Assembly: GCA_012522585.1 (NCBI GenBank)
Contig: JAAYKD010000049.1
Coordinates: forward strand, 2,808-66,807
Source of the DNA: Bacillota bacterium
Lineage (GTDB): Bacteria > Bacillota > JAAYKD01
Reading direction: 5' to 3'
DNA: 64,000 nt
Positions 38,789 through 47,779 of the stretch are shown one piece after another. The translations under genes and the position numbers were made by a program. The notes under the pieces were generated by a model. That model made no database searches, was not told the origin of the DNA, and was given only the letters and a program-made list of their open reading frames with translations. The number at the start of each line of letters is the position of its first letter. The stretch's first letter is position 1.

Positions 38789-39631
38789 TCAGCTATATTG
38801 ATAAAAGCCCTCGTTGGATTTTCGACCCAGTTTTCCAGCCCGCACCATTTTCTTCAAGAGCAGATGAGGACGATATTTAGGATCGAGAGTTTCATCGTGC
38901 AGCACATTTAAAATATCTAAAACTATATCCAGACCGATAAAATCTGCCAGAGCTAAGGGTCCCATAGGATGATTAGCTCCCAATTTCATGGCTGTATCTA
39001 TGTCCTCGGGAGTGGCAACTCCTTCGGCTAAGACTGCCACCGCTTCGTTGATCATGGGAATCAGCAAACGATTGACCACAAAGCCGGGTGCTTCTTCAAC
39101 CTGCACCGATGTTTTCCCCAGAGCTTCAACTATCTTTTGACATTGAGCCAGGGTTTCATCGGAGGTACGCTCCCCTTTGATCAGTTCGACTAATTTCATC
39201 ACCGGTGCCGGGTTGAAAAAGTGCATCCCGATAAAAGCAGTGGGGTCAGGTGAGTGAGCAGCCAATTCGGTTATGGATAGACTGGATGTGTTGCTGGCCC
39301 AGATAGGTTGACCCAAGTTCAGTTCTTTTAATTCTTGGAAGAGCTTTTTCTTGATCTCCGCTCTTTCCGCTACAGCCTCGATGACCAAATCAACTTGACC
39401 CGGCAGCTCCCTTAAATCTTCTAAGAGGTTGAGGTTGTTCAAAATAAGATCTTTATCAGCAACAGTCATCCGCTCTCTGGATACTTGACGTTCTAAGATT
39501 TTCTCAATAGCCACTTTAGCCTTGATTGTAACTTCATTGTTGACATCGTAAAGATAAGTTGGGCCGATACCTGCAAAGCATTGGGCTATACCACTGCCCA
39601 TGGTGCCGGCTCCGATGACCAAAACACGCAT
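38789..39631 (-). CDS. hbd: 3-hydroxybutyryl-CoA dehydrogenase
   Basis: 'MRVLVIGAGTMGSGIA' Rossmann N-terminus. GGAGGGG sits 6 nt before the ATG at 39631; the longer ORF-track entry would overlap crt. Confidence 0.9.
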   Translation of the reverse strand: MRVLVIGAGTMGSGIAQCFAGIGPTYLYDVNNEVTIKAKVAIEKILERQVSRERMTVADKDLILNNLNLLEDLRELPGQVDLVIEAVAERAEIKKKLFQELKELNLGQPIWASNTSSLSITELAAHSPDPTAFIGMHFFNPAPVMKLVELIKGERTSDETLAQCQKIVEALGKTSVQVEEAPGFVVNRLLIPMINEAVAVLAEGVATPEDIDTAMKLGANHPMGPLALADFIGLDIVLDILNVLHDETLDPKYRPHLLLKKMVRAGKLGRKSNEGFYQYS

Positions 39632-39647
39632 ATTAGCCCCTCCTCGT

Positions 39648-40421
39648 TTATTTTGCATTCTGTTTGTCCAAAAAGGATTGCATTCTTTCCTTCTGGTCAG
39701 GATGAGCAAAGCAAGCTTTAAAATGTTCGGCTTCCTGCAAGAAATCAGCAGCCGATGCGTCGGCATGAGCATAGGCAAAGATATTGGTCAGTTTATCAAT
39801 GGCGACTTGGCTGTTGTTGAGGATGCGTTTCAAAGTATCGTCTAACATTTCTTCCAATTCCTCAGGCTGAGCTAAGAGCTCAACTAAACCAATGCGATAA
39901 GCCTCTTCGCCACCGACTGTTTTTCCTGTGTACATCATATATTTAGCTCTGCCTTCACCGATTAAACGGCCTAAACGAAAGACTCCGCCAAAACCTGGGA
40001 TGATGCCTAAGCCTGTTTCCGGTAAAGCAAAACGGGCATTAGGAGTAGCAATCCGAATATCACAGGCTATAGCCAATTCCATACCGCCCCCTAGAGCATA
40101 ACCGTGGACCACAGCTATGGTCGGGATAGGCAGTTGCTCCAATTGAGCAAAGACTCGATTGCCAAACATGGAAAAATCAAAAGCTTGTTCAGGGGTATAA
40201 TCGACCATTTCAGAAATATCCGCTCCGGCAACAAAAGCTCTGTTGCCTGAACCTCTGATCACTAGGCAGCGATAGTCGGGATGCTCTCCCACTTCTCTGA
40301 TCGCTGTGCTGAGTTCTGAAAGCACTTCGGTGTTCAAAGCATTTAAAGCTTGGGGACGAGTAATCGTCAAGGTTATAACATTGTTTTCTACTGAGGTTTT
40401 AATATACTTCATTTTAAACAC
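39648..40421 (-). CDS. crt: Short-chain enoyl-CoA hydratase (crotonase)
   Basis: 257 aa, crotonase fold (…[15 protein letters not shown]…). Confidence 0.85.
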   Translation of the reverse strand: MFKMKYIKTSVENNVITLTITRPQALNALNTEVLSELSTAIREVGEHPDYRCLVIRGSGNRAFVAGADISEMVDYTPEQAFDFSMFGNRVFAQLEQLPIPTIAVVHGYALGGGMELAIACDIRIATPNARFALPETGLGIIPGFGGVFRLGRLIGEGRAKYMMYTGKTVGGEEAYRIGLVELLAQPEELEEMLDDTLKRILNNSQVAIDKLTNIFAYAHADASAADFLQEAEHFKACFAHPDQKERMQSFLDKQNAK

Positions 40422-41607
40422 ACCTTTCGTCTCTTTTAACGATCAGAGCTTCACCCATGCCACCGCCGATACAGAGGGTGGCCAAGCCGATTTTAGCATC
40501 TCTTTTTTCCATTTCGTGTAAGAGTGTGACTAAAATTCTAGTGCCGGAGGCTCCGATAGGATGACCTAGAGCAATAGCTCCTCCGTTAACATTGACTATT
40601 TCAGGATTAAATCCCAATTCTTTGTTGACTGCCAAGGATTGGGCTGCAAAAGCTTCGTTGGCTTCAATTAAATCTATATCTTCCAAATTCAATTTTGCTT
40701 TAGCCAAAGCTTGTTTGACCGAAGGAACAGGACCTATTCCCATGATGGAAGGATCGACGCCAACGGAACCGGAGGCTAGGATAACCGCCATGGGCTGCAA
40801 ATTGTTTTCGACCAAAAAGGATTCGCTACAGACGATCACTGCCGCTGCTCCATCATTGATACCGGAAGCATTACCGGCGGTGACGCTGCCGTCTCTTTTA
40901 AAGGCAGGACGTAATCTGGCCAAACCTTCGATGGTGCTACCGGCTCTGGGATGTTCATCCTGATTGAAAATAGTGACATTTTTTCTCCTGTCGACCAGGG
41001 ATACATCGACAATTTCAGCATCGAAACGCCCACTGTTTTGAGCTGCTTCTGTTTTTAACTGAGAATTTAAGGCAAATTCATCTTGCTCTTCTCTGCTCAA
41101 ATTATATTGCTCAACTAAATTTTCTGCTGTGATGCCCATATGATATTGATTGAAGACGTCGGTCAAGCCGTCATAGACCATCAAATCCACGGCTTCTCGA
41201 TTGCCCATTCTGGCACCGTAGCGCAAATCTTTGAGAACATAAGGAGCTTGGTTCATGTTTTCCATGCCCCCAGCAACCACACACTCAGCTTCTCCTGCTA
41301 AAATACTGCGACGAGCATATTCAACTGCATTGAGGCCGGAACCACAGACTTTGTTTAAAGTCATAGCCGGACGCTCGATGGGAATACCGGCAGCAATAGC
41401 CGCTTGTCTGGCTGGGTTTTGCCCATTAGCTGCCTGCAAAACCTGACCCATGACTATTTCATCCACTTTTTCCGGGGCTACACCGGCTCTGTTTAAGGCT
41501 TCTTTGATGACAATAGCACCTAAATCCTTGGCTGCTGTATCCTTGAGGCTACCGCCCAAGGCTCCAATAGCTGTCCTGCATGCTCCCAAAAGATAGACTT
41601 TTTCCAT
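40414..41607 (-). CDS. thl: Acetyl-CoA C-acetyltransferase (thiolase II)
   Basis: 397 aa with thiolase N- and C-terminal signatures (…NKVCGSGL…, …CIGGGMGEA…). Confidence 0.9.
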   Translation of the reverse strand: MEKVYLLGACRTAIGALGGSLKDTAAKDLGAIVIKEALNRAGVAPEKVDEIVMGQVLQAANGQNPARQAAIAAGIPIERPAMTLNKVCGSGLNAVEYARRSILAGEAECVVAGGMENMNQAPYVLKDLRYGARMGNREAVDLMVYDGLTDVFNQYHMGITAENLVEQYNLSREEQDEFALNSQLKTEAAQNSGRFDAEIVDVSLVDRRKNVTIFNQDEHPRAGSTIEGLARLRPAFKRDGSVTAGNASGINDGAAAVIVCSESFLVENNLQPMAVILASGSVGVDPSIMGIGPVPSVKQALAKAKLNLEDIDLIEANEAFAAQSLAVNKELGFNPEIVNVNGGAIALGHPIGASGTRILVTLLHEMEKRDAKIGLATLCIGGGMGEALIVKRDERCV

Positions 41608-41636
41608 TTTCTTTTCCCCTTCCTCATATTTAAATC

Positions 41637-42386
41637 TTAAAAATTGCTCTCTTTTCTCCTGATCAATTCTTTGACCATAAAGGTTGCCACATCGTCGGCA
41701 TATTTACCGCTGCCAAACCCGGCATCGTAACCCAACTCTTTAGCCAACTCATGGGTAATGCGAGCTCCTCCACAAATGAAGACCATTTTATCTCGCAAAC
41801 CTTCAGCTTCGGCCATTTCGATTAATTCGGTTAAATTATGTATATGTATATCCTTTTGAGTGACCGTTTGAGAAACCAAAATAACATCGGCATTTTCTTG
41901 AACCGCTTTTTGCAAGAGAGTTTCGTTTAAAACCTGACTGCCTAAATTATGAGTGATCAACATGTCGTAGCGTTCCAAACCAAAACGGCCATTGAAGCCC
42001 TTGCGATTCATGATAGCATCGATGCCTACAGTGTGAGCATCTGTGCCTGTCGAAGCTCCGATGACGGTGAGCTTTCGGCCCAATTCTCTTTTGATCAGCT
42101 CGTCGGTTTCTTCAATGGTCAAAGCTTTTTGCTCGTTTTCCAGCACGACAATTGTATCTAAGTCGATGGCAGCTTTGAAAGAACCATAAGCAACATAGAA
42201 TGTAAAGCCTGGGCTCAGACTCTGTTCTTGAGCTATGACAATATCCTCTAAACCCAGCTTCTCCATGATTTGACTGGCAGCAGCTTGAGCTTTCGCTCCT
42301 GCATCCAGAGGCAGAGTAAAACTGATTTGAATTTTACCGTCATTGAGAGTATCTCCATAGGGTTTGATAAAATTTTTATCCTGCAT
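41637..42386 (-). CDS. kamE: Lysine 5,6-aminomutase beta subunit (B12-binding)
   Basis: 249 aa with the B12-binding DxHxxG motif 'TDAHTVG'. Adjacent to kamD. Confidence 0.85.
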   Translation of the reverse strand: MQDKNFIKPYGDTLNDGKIQISFTLPLDAGAKAQAAASQIMEKLGLEDIVIAQEQSLSPGFTFYVAYGSFKAAIDLDTIVVLENEQKALTIEETDELIKRELGRKLTVIGASTGTDAHTVGIDAIMNRKGFNGRFGLERYDMLITHNLGSQVLNETLLQKAVQENADVILVSQTVTQKDIHIHNLTELIEMAEAEGLRDKMVFICGGARITHELAKELGYDAGFGSGKYADDVATFMVKELIRRKESNF

Positions 42387-42405
42387 TTTTCACACCTCTT
42401 TTTCC

Positions 42406-43950
42406 TTAAGACCAGATTTGGCTAAAAGGATTTTCATAGCGCTCATCTTTTTTAGCAACCCCGTCTAATCCTTTGCCTCCCTGGGAAGAACGAGAGATAT
42501 CAGCGAAGACTCCCTTTTCCAAAGCATGAAAGAGTTTGTTTTGATCGATCTCTTCCAGCAATTCCAGGGCCTTTTCTAAAACCAGCTGGGCTCTCTTTTC
42601 AATCTTGCCTCCCGATTTTATTTCCAATTCTTCGGCCAATCCTGCCATGGAAGTAAAGACCATCAGGGCATTTTCTATACTGAGAGCACGATCGGACATG
42701 AAGGGTGTATGAATTGCTTCGGTCAACATGCCTAAGAGGTGGATGTTCTGTCCAGTCAAATATGAAGCGATGTTGAACATGGTGTTTTGGCTCTGACCTT
42801 TAAAAATATTCCCGGTCATGAATTTTGTCGGGGGCATATATTTTAAAGGAGCTTGGGGAAAGAGGCTGCGGGACAGAAGAGCGTGAGCCAATTCCAAGAC
42901 AAATCCACCCTGAACATTTGGGTCGATTTCAAAAGCATGGCCTAAACCCATCTGCTCCGAGGGCAAACCGGCAGCTAAAGCCAATTGTTCATTTAAAATT
43001 TGAGAGGCAATGACGGTATGGGCTTCCTCCACGGCATCGGCAGTGGTCAGATAATTATCTTCGCCGGTGTTGATGATAATACCGGCAACTGCGTTGATTT
43101 GCCTGGAGAAATGCTGGTCGATTAAAGTCCGCTGCATATTGATGTCCCTAAAAAGTATACCATAGAGTGCGTCATTGAGCATCATGTCCAGACGCTCCAA
43201 AGCCCCCATGGCTGCAATTTCAGGCATGCATAAGCCGGAACAATAATTGGTCAGACGGATATAGCGGCCTAACTCCTCTCCCACTTGATCCAGGGCTTGC
43301 CGCATCAGACGAAAATTCTCTTGGGTGGCATAGGTGCCGCCAAAGCCTTCTGTGGTAGCACCATAGGGAACATAGTCTAAAAGACTCTGTCCGGTGGTGC
43401 GAATGACGGCAATGATATCAGCTCCCTGACGGGCCGCTGCCACACTCTGGGTAATATCCTCATAGATATTGCCGGTAGCCACAATACAATAGATCAAAGG
43501 CCTGTCTTTTTTAGGTTCAGCTGCAATTTTCTCTTCCCGTTTTGCTCTTTGTTCAGCGATTTTTTTCAAGCTTTGATTAATATAAGGAGCCAAAACATCA
43601 GAAGCTGTAACTCCCGGGGGAAGAGCAAAGCTGCCCAGCTGAAGCTGGCCTTGATCCACCGCTTCGGCTATTTCCTGAGGGCTCATTTTAGTCTCAAGAT
43701 GAGCTGCTGCAATAAAATAGGCGGCCCCTATGGATAAAAGTCCCCACTCCTTTAAATGTTCAACCAGCACATTGGCATAAGGAGCATAGACTTGATTGAC
43801 CCCGTCGATGCCTAAAAGGCGACAGATGGTCCGTTCAACTGCAACAGTTGTGTGTCCTTGGACAAAAGCCAAAACATCAGAGGCTATACTGGCCCCATGG
43901 GCTTTGGCTTGGGCTACCAGATTTTCATCCAGTTTGATTTGATCGATCAT
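42406..43950 (-). CDS. kamD: Lysine 5,6-aminomutase alpha subunit (PLP-binding TIM barrel)
   Basis: 514 aa. Its start overlaps the kamA stop (ATGA). Confidence 0.85.
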   Translation of the reverse strand: MIDQIKLDENLVAQAKAHGASIASDVLAFVQGHTTVAVERTICRLLGIDGVNQVYAPYANVLVEHLKEWGLLSIGAAYFIAAAHLETKMSPQEIAEAVDQGQLQLGSFALPPGVTASDVLAPYINQSLKKIAEQRAKREEKIAAEPKKDRPLIYCIVATGNIYEDITQSVAAARQGADIIAVIRTTGQSLLDYVPYGATTEGFGGTYATQENFRLMRQALDQVGEELGRYIRLTNYCSGLCMPEIAAMGALERLDMMLNDALYGILFRDINMQRTLIDQHFSRQINAVAGIIINTGEDNYLTTADAVEEAHTVIASQILNEQLALAAGLPSEQMGLGHAFEIDPNVQGGFVLELAHALLSRSLFPQAPLKYMPPTKFMTGNIFKGQSQNTMFNIASYLTGQNIHLLGMLTEAIHTPFMSDRALSIENALMVFTSMAGLAEELEIKSGGKIEKRAQLVLEKALELLEEIDQNKLFHALEKGVFADISRSSQGGKGLDGVAKKDERYENPFSQIWS

Positions 43951-45209
43951 TTATCCAATCTCCGGTTTCTATCATGACGTTTTAAATCCTGAGGTTCTAG
44001 AGATAAGCCTTTGCCTTGGAGCAGAGCCGAAACACCAATTTCCATCTCTTCTCCTTCTTGACGGCAATCCTCACATTCACATTCGAAGACATAATCGCGA
44101 GGCTGGGTGTAAGCGGAGATAACCCCTTCAAAGTTCCTCAAAACGATTCTTTCCGGGCTCTGACTGATCAGATAGTTGGGCATGACCGGTATTTTACCGC
44201 CGCCTCCGGGTGCATCAACGACGAAGGTGGGTACGGCAAAGCCGGAAGTATGGCCTCTTAAGGCCTCGATTATTTCAATACCTTTGCTGACCGGAGTTCT
44301 AAAGTGCTCTAAGCCTTGAGAGAGGTCACATTGGTAAATATAATAGGGTCGTACTCTGATGTCGACTAAATCCTGGACCAGCTGTTTCATCACATGAGTG
44401 CAATCATTGATGCCCGCTAAGAGAACGCTTTGATTTCCCACAGGAATACCAGCGTCTGCTAAAAGTTCGCAGGCTTTGGTGGCTTCCGGAGTAACCTCGG
44501 CCGGATGGTTGAAGTGGGTATTGAGCCAGATAGGATGATACTTTTTCAACATAGCAGTCAACTCAGGAGTGATTCTCTGAGGACAGACCACCGGGGTGCG
44601 GCTGCCTATGCGAATAATTTTGACGTGGGGAATTTCTCGTAAAGCTTTGATAATCTCTTCTAGGCGATTATCCGAGAGGAGTAAGGGGTCTCCACCTGAT
44701 AAGAGGACATCGCGAATTTCCGGATGGGCTGCAATATATTCAATGGCTTTGGCAATTCTGTCCTTGGCCATGGGTTGATCCGACTGACCGGCAAAGCGTC
44801 TGCGGGTGCAATGACGACAGTACATGGAGCATTGATCGGTGACTAAAAGCAAGACCCTGTCGGGATAGCGATGAGTCAGTCCGAAAACAGGGGCATCCTC
44901 ATCTTCACTGAGAGGATCGAGTAAATCTGCAGGAGATTGGATCAATTCCATTAGTGAAGGAACTGCTTGCCTGCGAACCGGGCATTTCGGGTTATTCTCA
45001 TCGATTAAAGAAAGATAGTAAGGGGTGATAGCCATGCGCAGATGGCCTAAACACTGTTTTATTCCTTCTTCCTCATCCTCGGTTAAATTTAAGTACTCTT
45101 TCAACTGTTCCACTGTCTCGATGCGATTGCGCACCTGCCAGTGCCAATCCTGCCAATCTTCATCTTTAACTGAAGCAAAATATTTATCCTTCAAAGACAA
45201 AGCAAACAC
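43947..45209 (-). CDS. kamA: L-lysine 2,3-aminomutase (radical SAM)
   Basis: 420 aa with the radical-SAM 'CSMYCRHCTRRR' motif and a C-terminal Zn-Cys cluster. Confidence 0.9.
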   Translation of the reverse strand: MFALSLKDKYFASVKDEDWQDWHWQVRNRIETVEQLKEYLNLTEDEEEGIKQCLGHLRMAITPYYLSLIDENNPKCPVRRQAVPSLMELIQSPADLLDPLSEDEDAPVFGLTHRYPDRVLLLVTDQCSMYCRHCTRRRFAGQSDQPMAKDRIAKAIEYIAAHPEIRDVLLSGGDPLLLSDNRLEEIIKALREIPHVKIIRIGSRTPVVCPQRITPELTAMLKKYHPIWLNTHFNHPAEVTPEATKACELLADAGIPVGNQSVLLAGINDCTHVMKQLVQDLVDIRVRPYYIYQCDLSQGLEHFRTPVSKGIEIIEALRGHTSGFAVPTFVVDAPGGGGKIPVMPNYLISQSPERIVLRNFEGVISAYTQPRDYVFECECEDCRQEGEEMEIGVSALLQGKGLSLEPQDLKRHDRNRRLDK

Positions 45210-45221
45210 TCCTTTCGATAG

Positions 45222-46256
45222 CTAGACATAGCGTTGGTTAAAATATTCTTTGAGTTCTTCATTTTCTCTCAATTCCCACAGGGTGATTTCCGCATGACCT
45301 TTGGTATAACCGTTGCCGATGATCATGGTCACGTCCTTACCCACACCTTCAGCCCCCAAAGCTGCTTTGGTAAAGCTGGTCGCCATGGAAAAGAAATAGA
45401 CTATACCCTCCTGGCGCACAGGTAAAATACAGGACATCTCAGCATCAGGAGCATTGACACAGCTGATTGCGATATCCACTTCCTGGTTGTCATTGGCTTC
45501 CAGTGTTTTTTCCAAAACTTCCAGAGCATTGGTCGCATCTGCTACGATGATCTGATGGGCTAAGCCTAAAGCTCTGATCTTCTCCACATCTTTTTCGCTG
45601 CGATCGAGAGCGATTACATTGCCTGTAGGCCCGACCCTTTTCTTAGCTTCATAGAGACAGAGCAAGCCTGATTTGCCTCCGGCTCCCAAGATCAAGACGG
45701 AATCACCGGGCTTGACCAATTTAGCCGTTTGAGCCGGAGCTCCTGCCACATCTAGAGCAGCCAAGCTCAGGTTTTCGCTCAAATCTGTAGGCAATTTAGC
45801 ATAGATTCCACTGGCAAATAAAACTGCTTGTCCTTTAATATCCACCCGGTCAATCTCCGGATGAATGGCTATGATTTCTTCAATGTAGAGAGGAGTCAAG
45901 GATAAGGAGACCAAGGAAGCTATTTTATCCCCGATTTTTAAATCCTTGAGTTTTAAAGCGGAACCAAAGGCCGCCACAGTGCCGATGAACATACCGCCTG
46001 AACCTGTGACGGGATTTTGCATTTTACCTCTGTCAGCGACAATCTTCAGAATCTGTTCTTTGATCTTTTCCGGATCCCCTTGGGCGGCCTGCTTCAATTG
46101 AGCAAAGGAAGCAGAGTCAATATTCAATGAATGGACATCCACTAAAATCTCATTATCATAGAGTTTAGAAAAATCATTGTCCAATTTTTGCGCCCCTTGG
46201 GGCAGTTTGCCTTGGGGCTCTAGTACCCTGTGGCTGCCGTATTTGTTGCCTTGCAT
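45222..46256 (-). CDS. kdd: L-erythro-3,5-diaminohexanoate dehydrogenase
   Basis: 344 aa NAD(P)-dependent dehydrogenase in the canonical position between kce and kamA. Confidence 0.8.
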   Translation of the reverse strand: MQGNKYGSHRVLEPQGKLPQGAQKLDNDFSKLYDNEILVDVHSLNIDSASFAQLKQAAQGDPEKIKEQILKIVADRGKMQNPVTGSGGMFIGTVAAFGSALKLKDLKIGDKIASLVSLSLTPLYIEEIIAIHPEIDRVDIKGQAVLFASGIYAKLPTDLSENLSLAALDVAGAPAQTAKLVKPGDSVLILGAGGKSGLLCLYEAKKRVGPTGNVIALDRSEKDVEKIRALGLAHQIIVADATNALEVLEKTLEANDNQEVDIAISCVNAPDAEMSCILPVRQEGIVYFFSMATSFTKAALGAEGVGKDVTMIIGNGYTKGHAEITLWELRENEELKEYFNQRYV

Positions 46257-46277
46257 AAGAATCTTCCTTTCAAGGAT

Positions 46278-47105
46278 TTATTTAGGATTTAAGCCTAAAA
46301 TCTCTCGAGCTTGTTGGGGAGTGGCGATTTCTCGGCCTAATTCCTTGGCTATCCGCACCACTTTTTCCACCAATTCACCGTTGCTTTGAGCTTTTAAGCC
46401 TCGGGCTAAATAGACATTGTCTTCAAAGCCTACTCGAACATGGCCACCTAAGATCATCGCCATGGTGGCAATGGGAAAAGCCGCTCGGCCTATGCCGGTA
46501 GCTGTATAAGTGGAATCGGCAGGTAAGCTCTCAACCATGAAAAGAAGATCGCGGGGCTCAGCACTGATGCCGCCATTGACCCCTAAAACTAAATTGAAAT
46601 GCATGGGACCGGGGATCTGGCCTCTGGCATTCAGCCTTTTGGCTAAATCAATCATGCCCTTGTCAAAAACCTCTACTTCCGGCTTGACATTGCGCTCCAT
46701 CATCTGACGGGCAAACTCAATAATCATATTCTCAGTATTGACGAAAATTTCATCTCCGCCGAAATTTAGGGTCCCACAATCTAAAGTAGCCATCTCAGGA
46801 TTTAAGCGCAAAGGCTGCAGACGCTCTTCAGCACTCATGCCGGTGGCTCCACCAGTGGAAGGTTGAACGATCAACTCAGGAGGACAAAGCCGGTAAATTT
46901 CTTCCATACAAGCTTTAAATCGATCATAGCTCTGAGTCGGGGTGCCATCGTCTTCTCTGACATGGAGATGAATGATGGAAGCTCCTGCCCGATAAGCGCT
47001 TAAAGCCTCTCGGCCAATTTCTTCAACGGTATAAGGGACAGCCGGGTTATGTTCTTTGGTCACTTCCGCCCCACAAATGGACGCTGTGATGATTAAAGGT
47101 TCCAT
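46278..47105 (-). CDS. kce: 3-keto-5-aminohexanoate cleavage enzyme (BKACE/DUF849)
   Basis: 275 aa with N-terminus 'PLIITASICGAEVTKEHNPAVPYTVEEI'. Confidence 0.85.
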   Translation of the reverse strand: MEPLIITASICGAEVTKEHNPAVPYTVEEIGREALSAYRAGASIIHLHVREDDGTPTQSYDRFKACMEEIYRLCPPELIVQPSTGGATGMSAEERLQPLRLNPEMATLDCGTLNFGGDEIFVNTENMIIEFARQMMERNVKPEVEVFDKGMIDLAKRLNARGQIPGPMHFNLVLGVNGGISAEPRDLLFMVESLPADSTYTATGIGRAAFPIATMAMILGGHVRVGFEDNVYLARGLKAQSNGELVEKVVRIAKELGREIATPQQAREILGLNPK

Positions 47106-47121
47106 TCTTTCACCTCAATTA

Positions 47122-47505
47122 TTATTTGTTTCTTTGCCTGTCTTTGGGCACTATACAGGTACCCACAGCTTTACAGACTACTATCGGTTCAGCTAAAACT
47201 TCACAGGCAGAATCTCTAATATCAGGCCTGGGTTGAATCACTTTGCGAGCTTCAAATTCCATCTTTCTGGATGTGTTTCCGGCAGATGTGATTCTTCCGA
47301 CGATTTCAAGAAAATCTCCGGCATAGACTGGAGCTAAAAAATCTATCGACTCGTAAGCTCTAAACAAGCCTTCGTCTCCATCGTGACGAATCAGCAATTC
47401 TGTGGCTACATCTCCAAAAAGCTGCAGCAGCTTGGCTCCGTCCACCATCTGGCCTCCGTAATGAGCATCGGCCGCACTCATCCGCAATCTCAGCATAACT
47501 TCCAT
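47122..47505 (-). CDS. kal: 3-aminobutyryl-CoA ammonia-lyase (hot-dog fold)
   Basis: About 128 aa. AAAGGGGA sits 7 nt before the ATG at 47505; the ORF-track start at 47523 is a TTG inside the RBS. First gene after the riboswitch. Confidence 0.8.
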   Translation of the reverse strand: MEVMLRLRMSAADAHYGGQMVDGAKLLQLFGDVATELLIRHDGDEGLFRAYESIDFLAPVYAGDFLEIVGRITSAGNTSRKMEFEARKVIQPRPDIRDSACEVLAEPIVVCKAVGTCIVPKDRQRNK

Positions 47506-47520
47506 GAAAATTTCCCCTTT

Positions 47521-47574
47521 CAAATAAAAAAATAAGAGCCCTTTAAAAATCAGTTAAACTGTTTTTAAAGCGCT
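47521..47574 (-). terminator. Intrinsic terminator (expression platform of the lysine riboswitch)
   Basis: On the minus strand: GAGCGCTTTAAAAA-cagtttaactga-TTTTTAAAGGGCTC followed by TTATTTTTTTATTT. The 5' arm overlaps the riboswitch's 3' P1 strand. Confidence 0.65.
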
Positions 47575-47727
47575 CCATGATTTACCTTCATCATGACAGA
47601 AAGACCGCACTGAGCAATCTTCCCAAAGCTAAAGAAGACACGTTTCTTTGCTTTTCGGCAGCTGCACATTCCATCGATTCATCAAGAACGTTCTCCCTCC
47701 CCGATGTACCTTGACAACTGCGCCTCT
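47569..47727 (-). promoter_or_regulatory. Lysine riboswitch (L-box) aptamer in the leader of the kal-kce-kdd-kamADE… operon
   Basis: On the minus strand the element has 5' AGAGGCGC, …GTGCAGCTGCCGAAAAG…, …CTGTCATGATGAAGG… and a 3' GGAGCGCT. These are the L-box hallmark blocks, in the canonical order and at the expected length of about 160 nt. Confidence 0.7.
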
Positions 47728-47750
47728 AATCAGATATTAAGTTCAAGAAT

Positions 47751-47779
47751 AATATAACAATCTTTCATGCTAATGTCAA
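47751..47779 (-). promoter_or_regulatory. Near-consensus sigma-A promoter driving the riboswitch and lysine operon
   Basis: On the minus strand: TTGACA, a 17-nt spacer, then TGT-TATATT (extended -10). The -35 box overlaps the stop codon of the upstream gene. Confidence 0.6.

Noticed and set aside
38789-39778. Long version of hbd (329 aa) overlapping crt by 130 nt
   Set aside because: The N-terminal 49 aa have no homology signal and overlap crt. A strong RBS (GGAGGGG) precedes the internal ATG at 39631, which starts the canonical MRVLVIGAG Rossmann N-terminus.
47506-47523. N-terminal extension of kal (MKGEIF…) from the ORF track
   Set aside because: It starts at a TTG that lies inside the AAAGGGGA ribosome-binding site. 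The ATG 18 nt downstream has correct RBS spacing.
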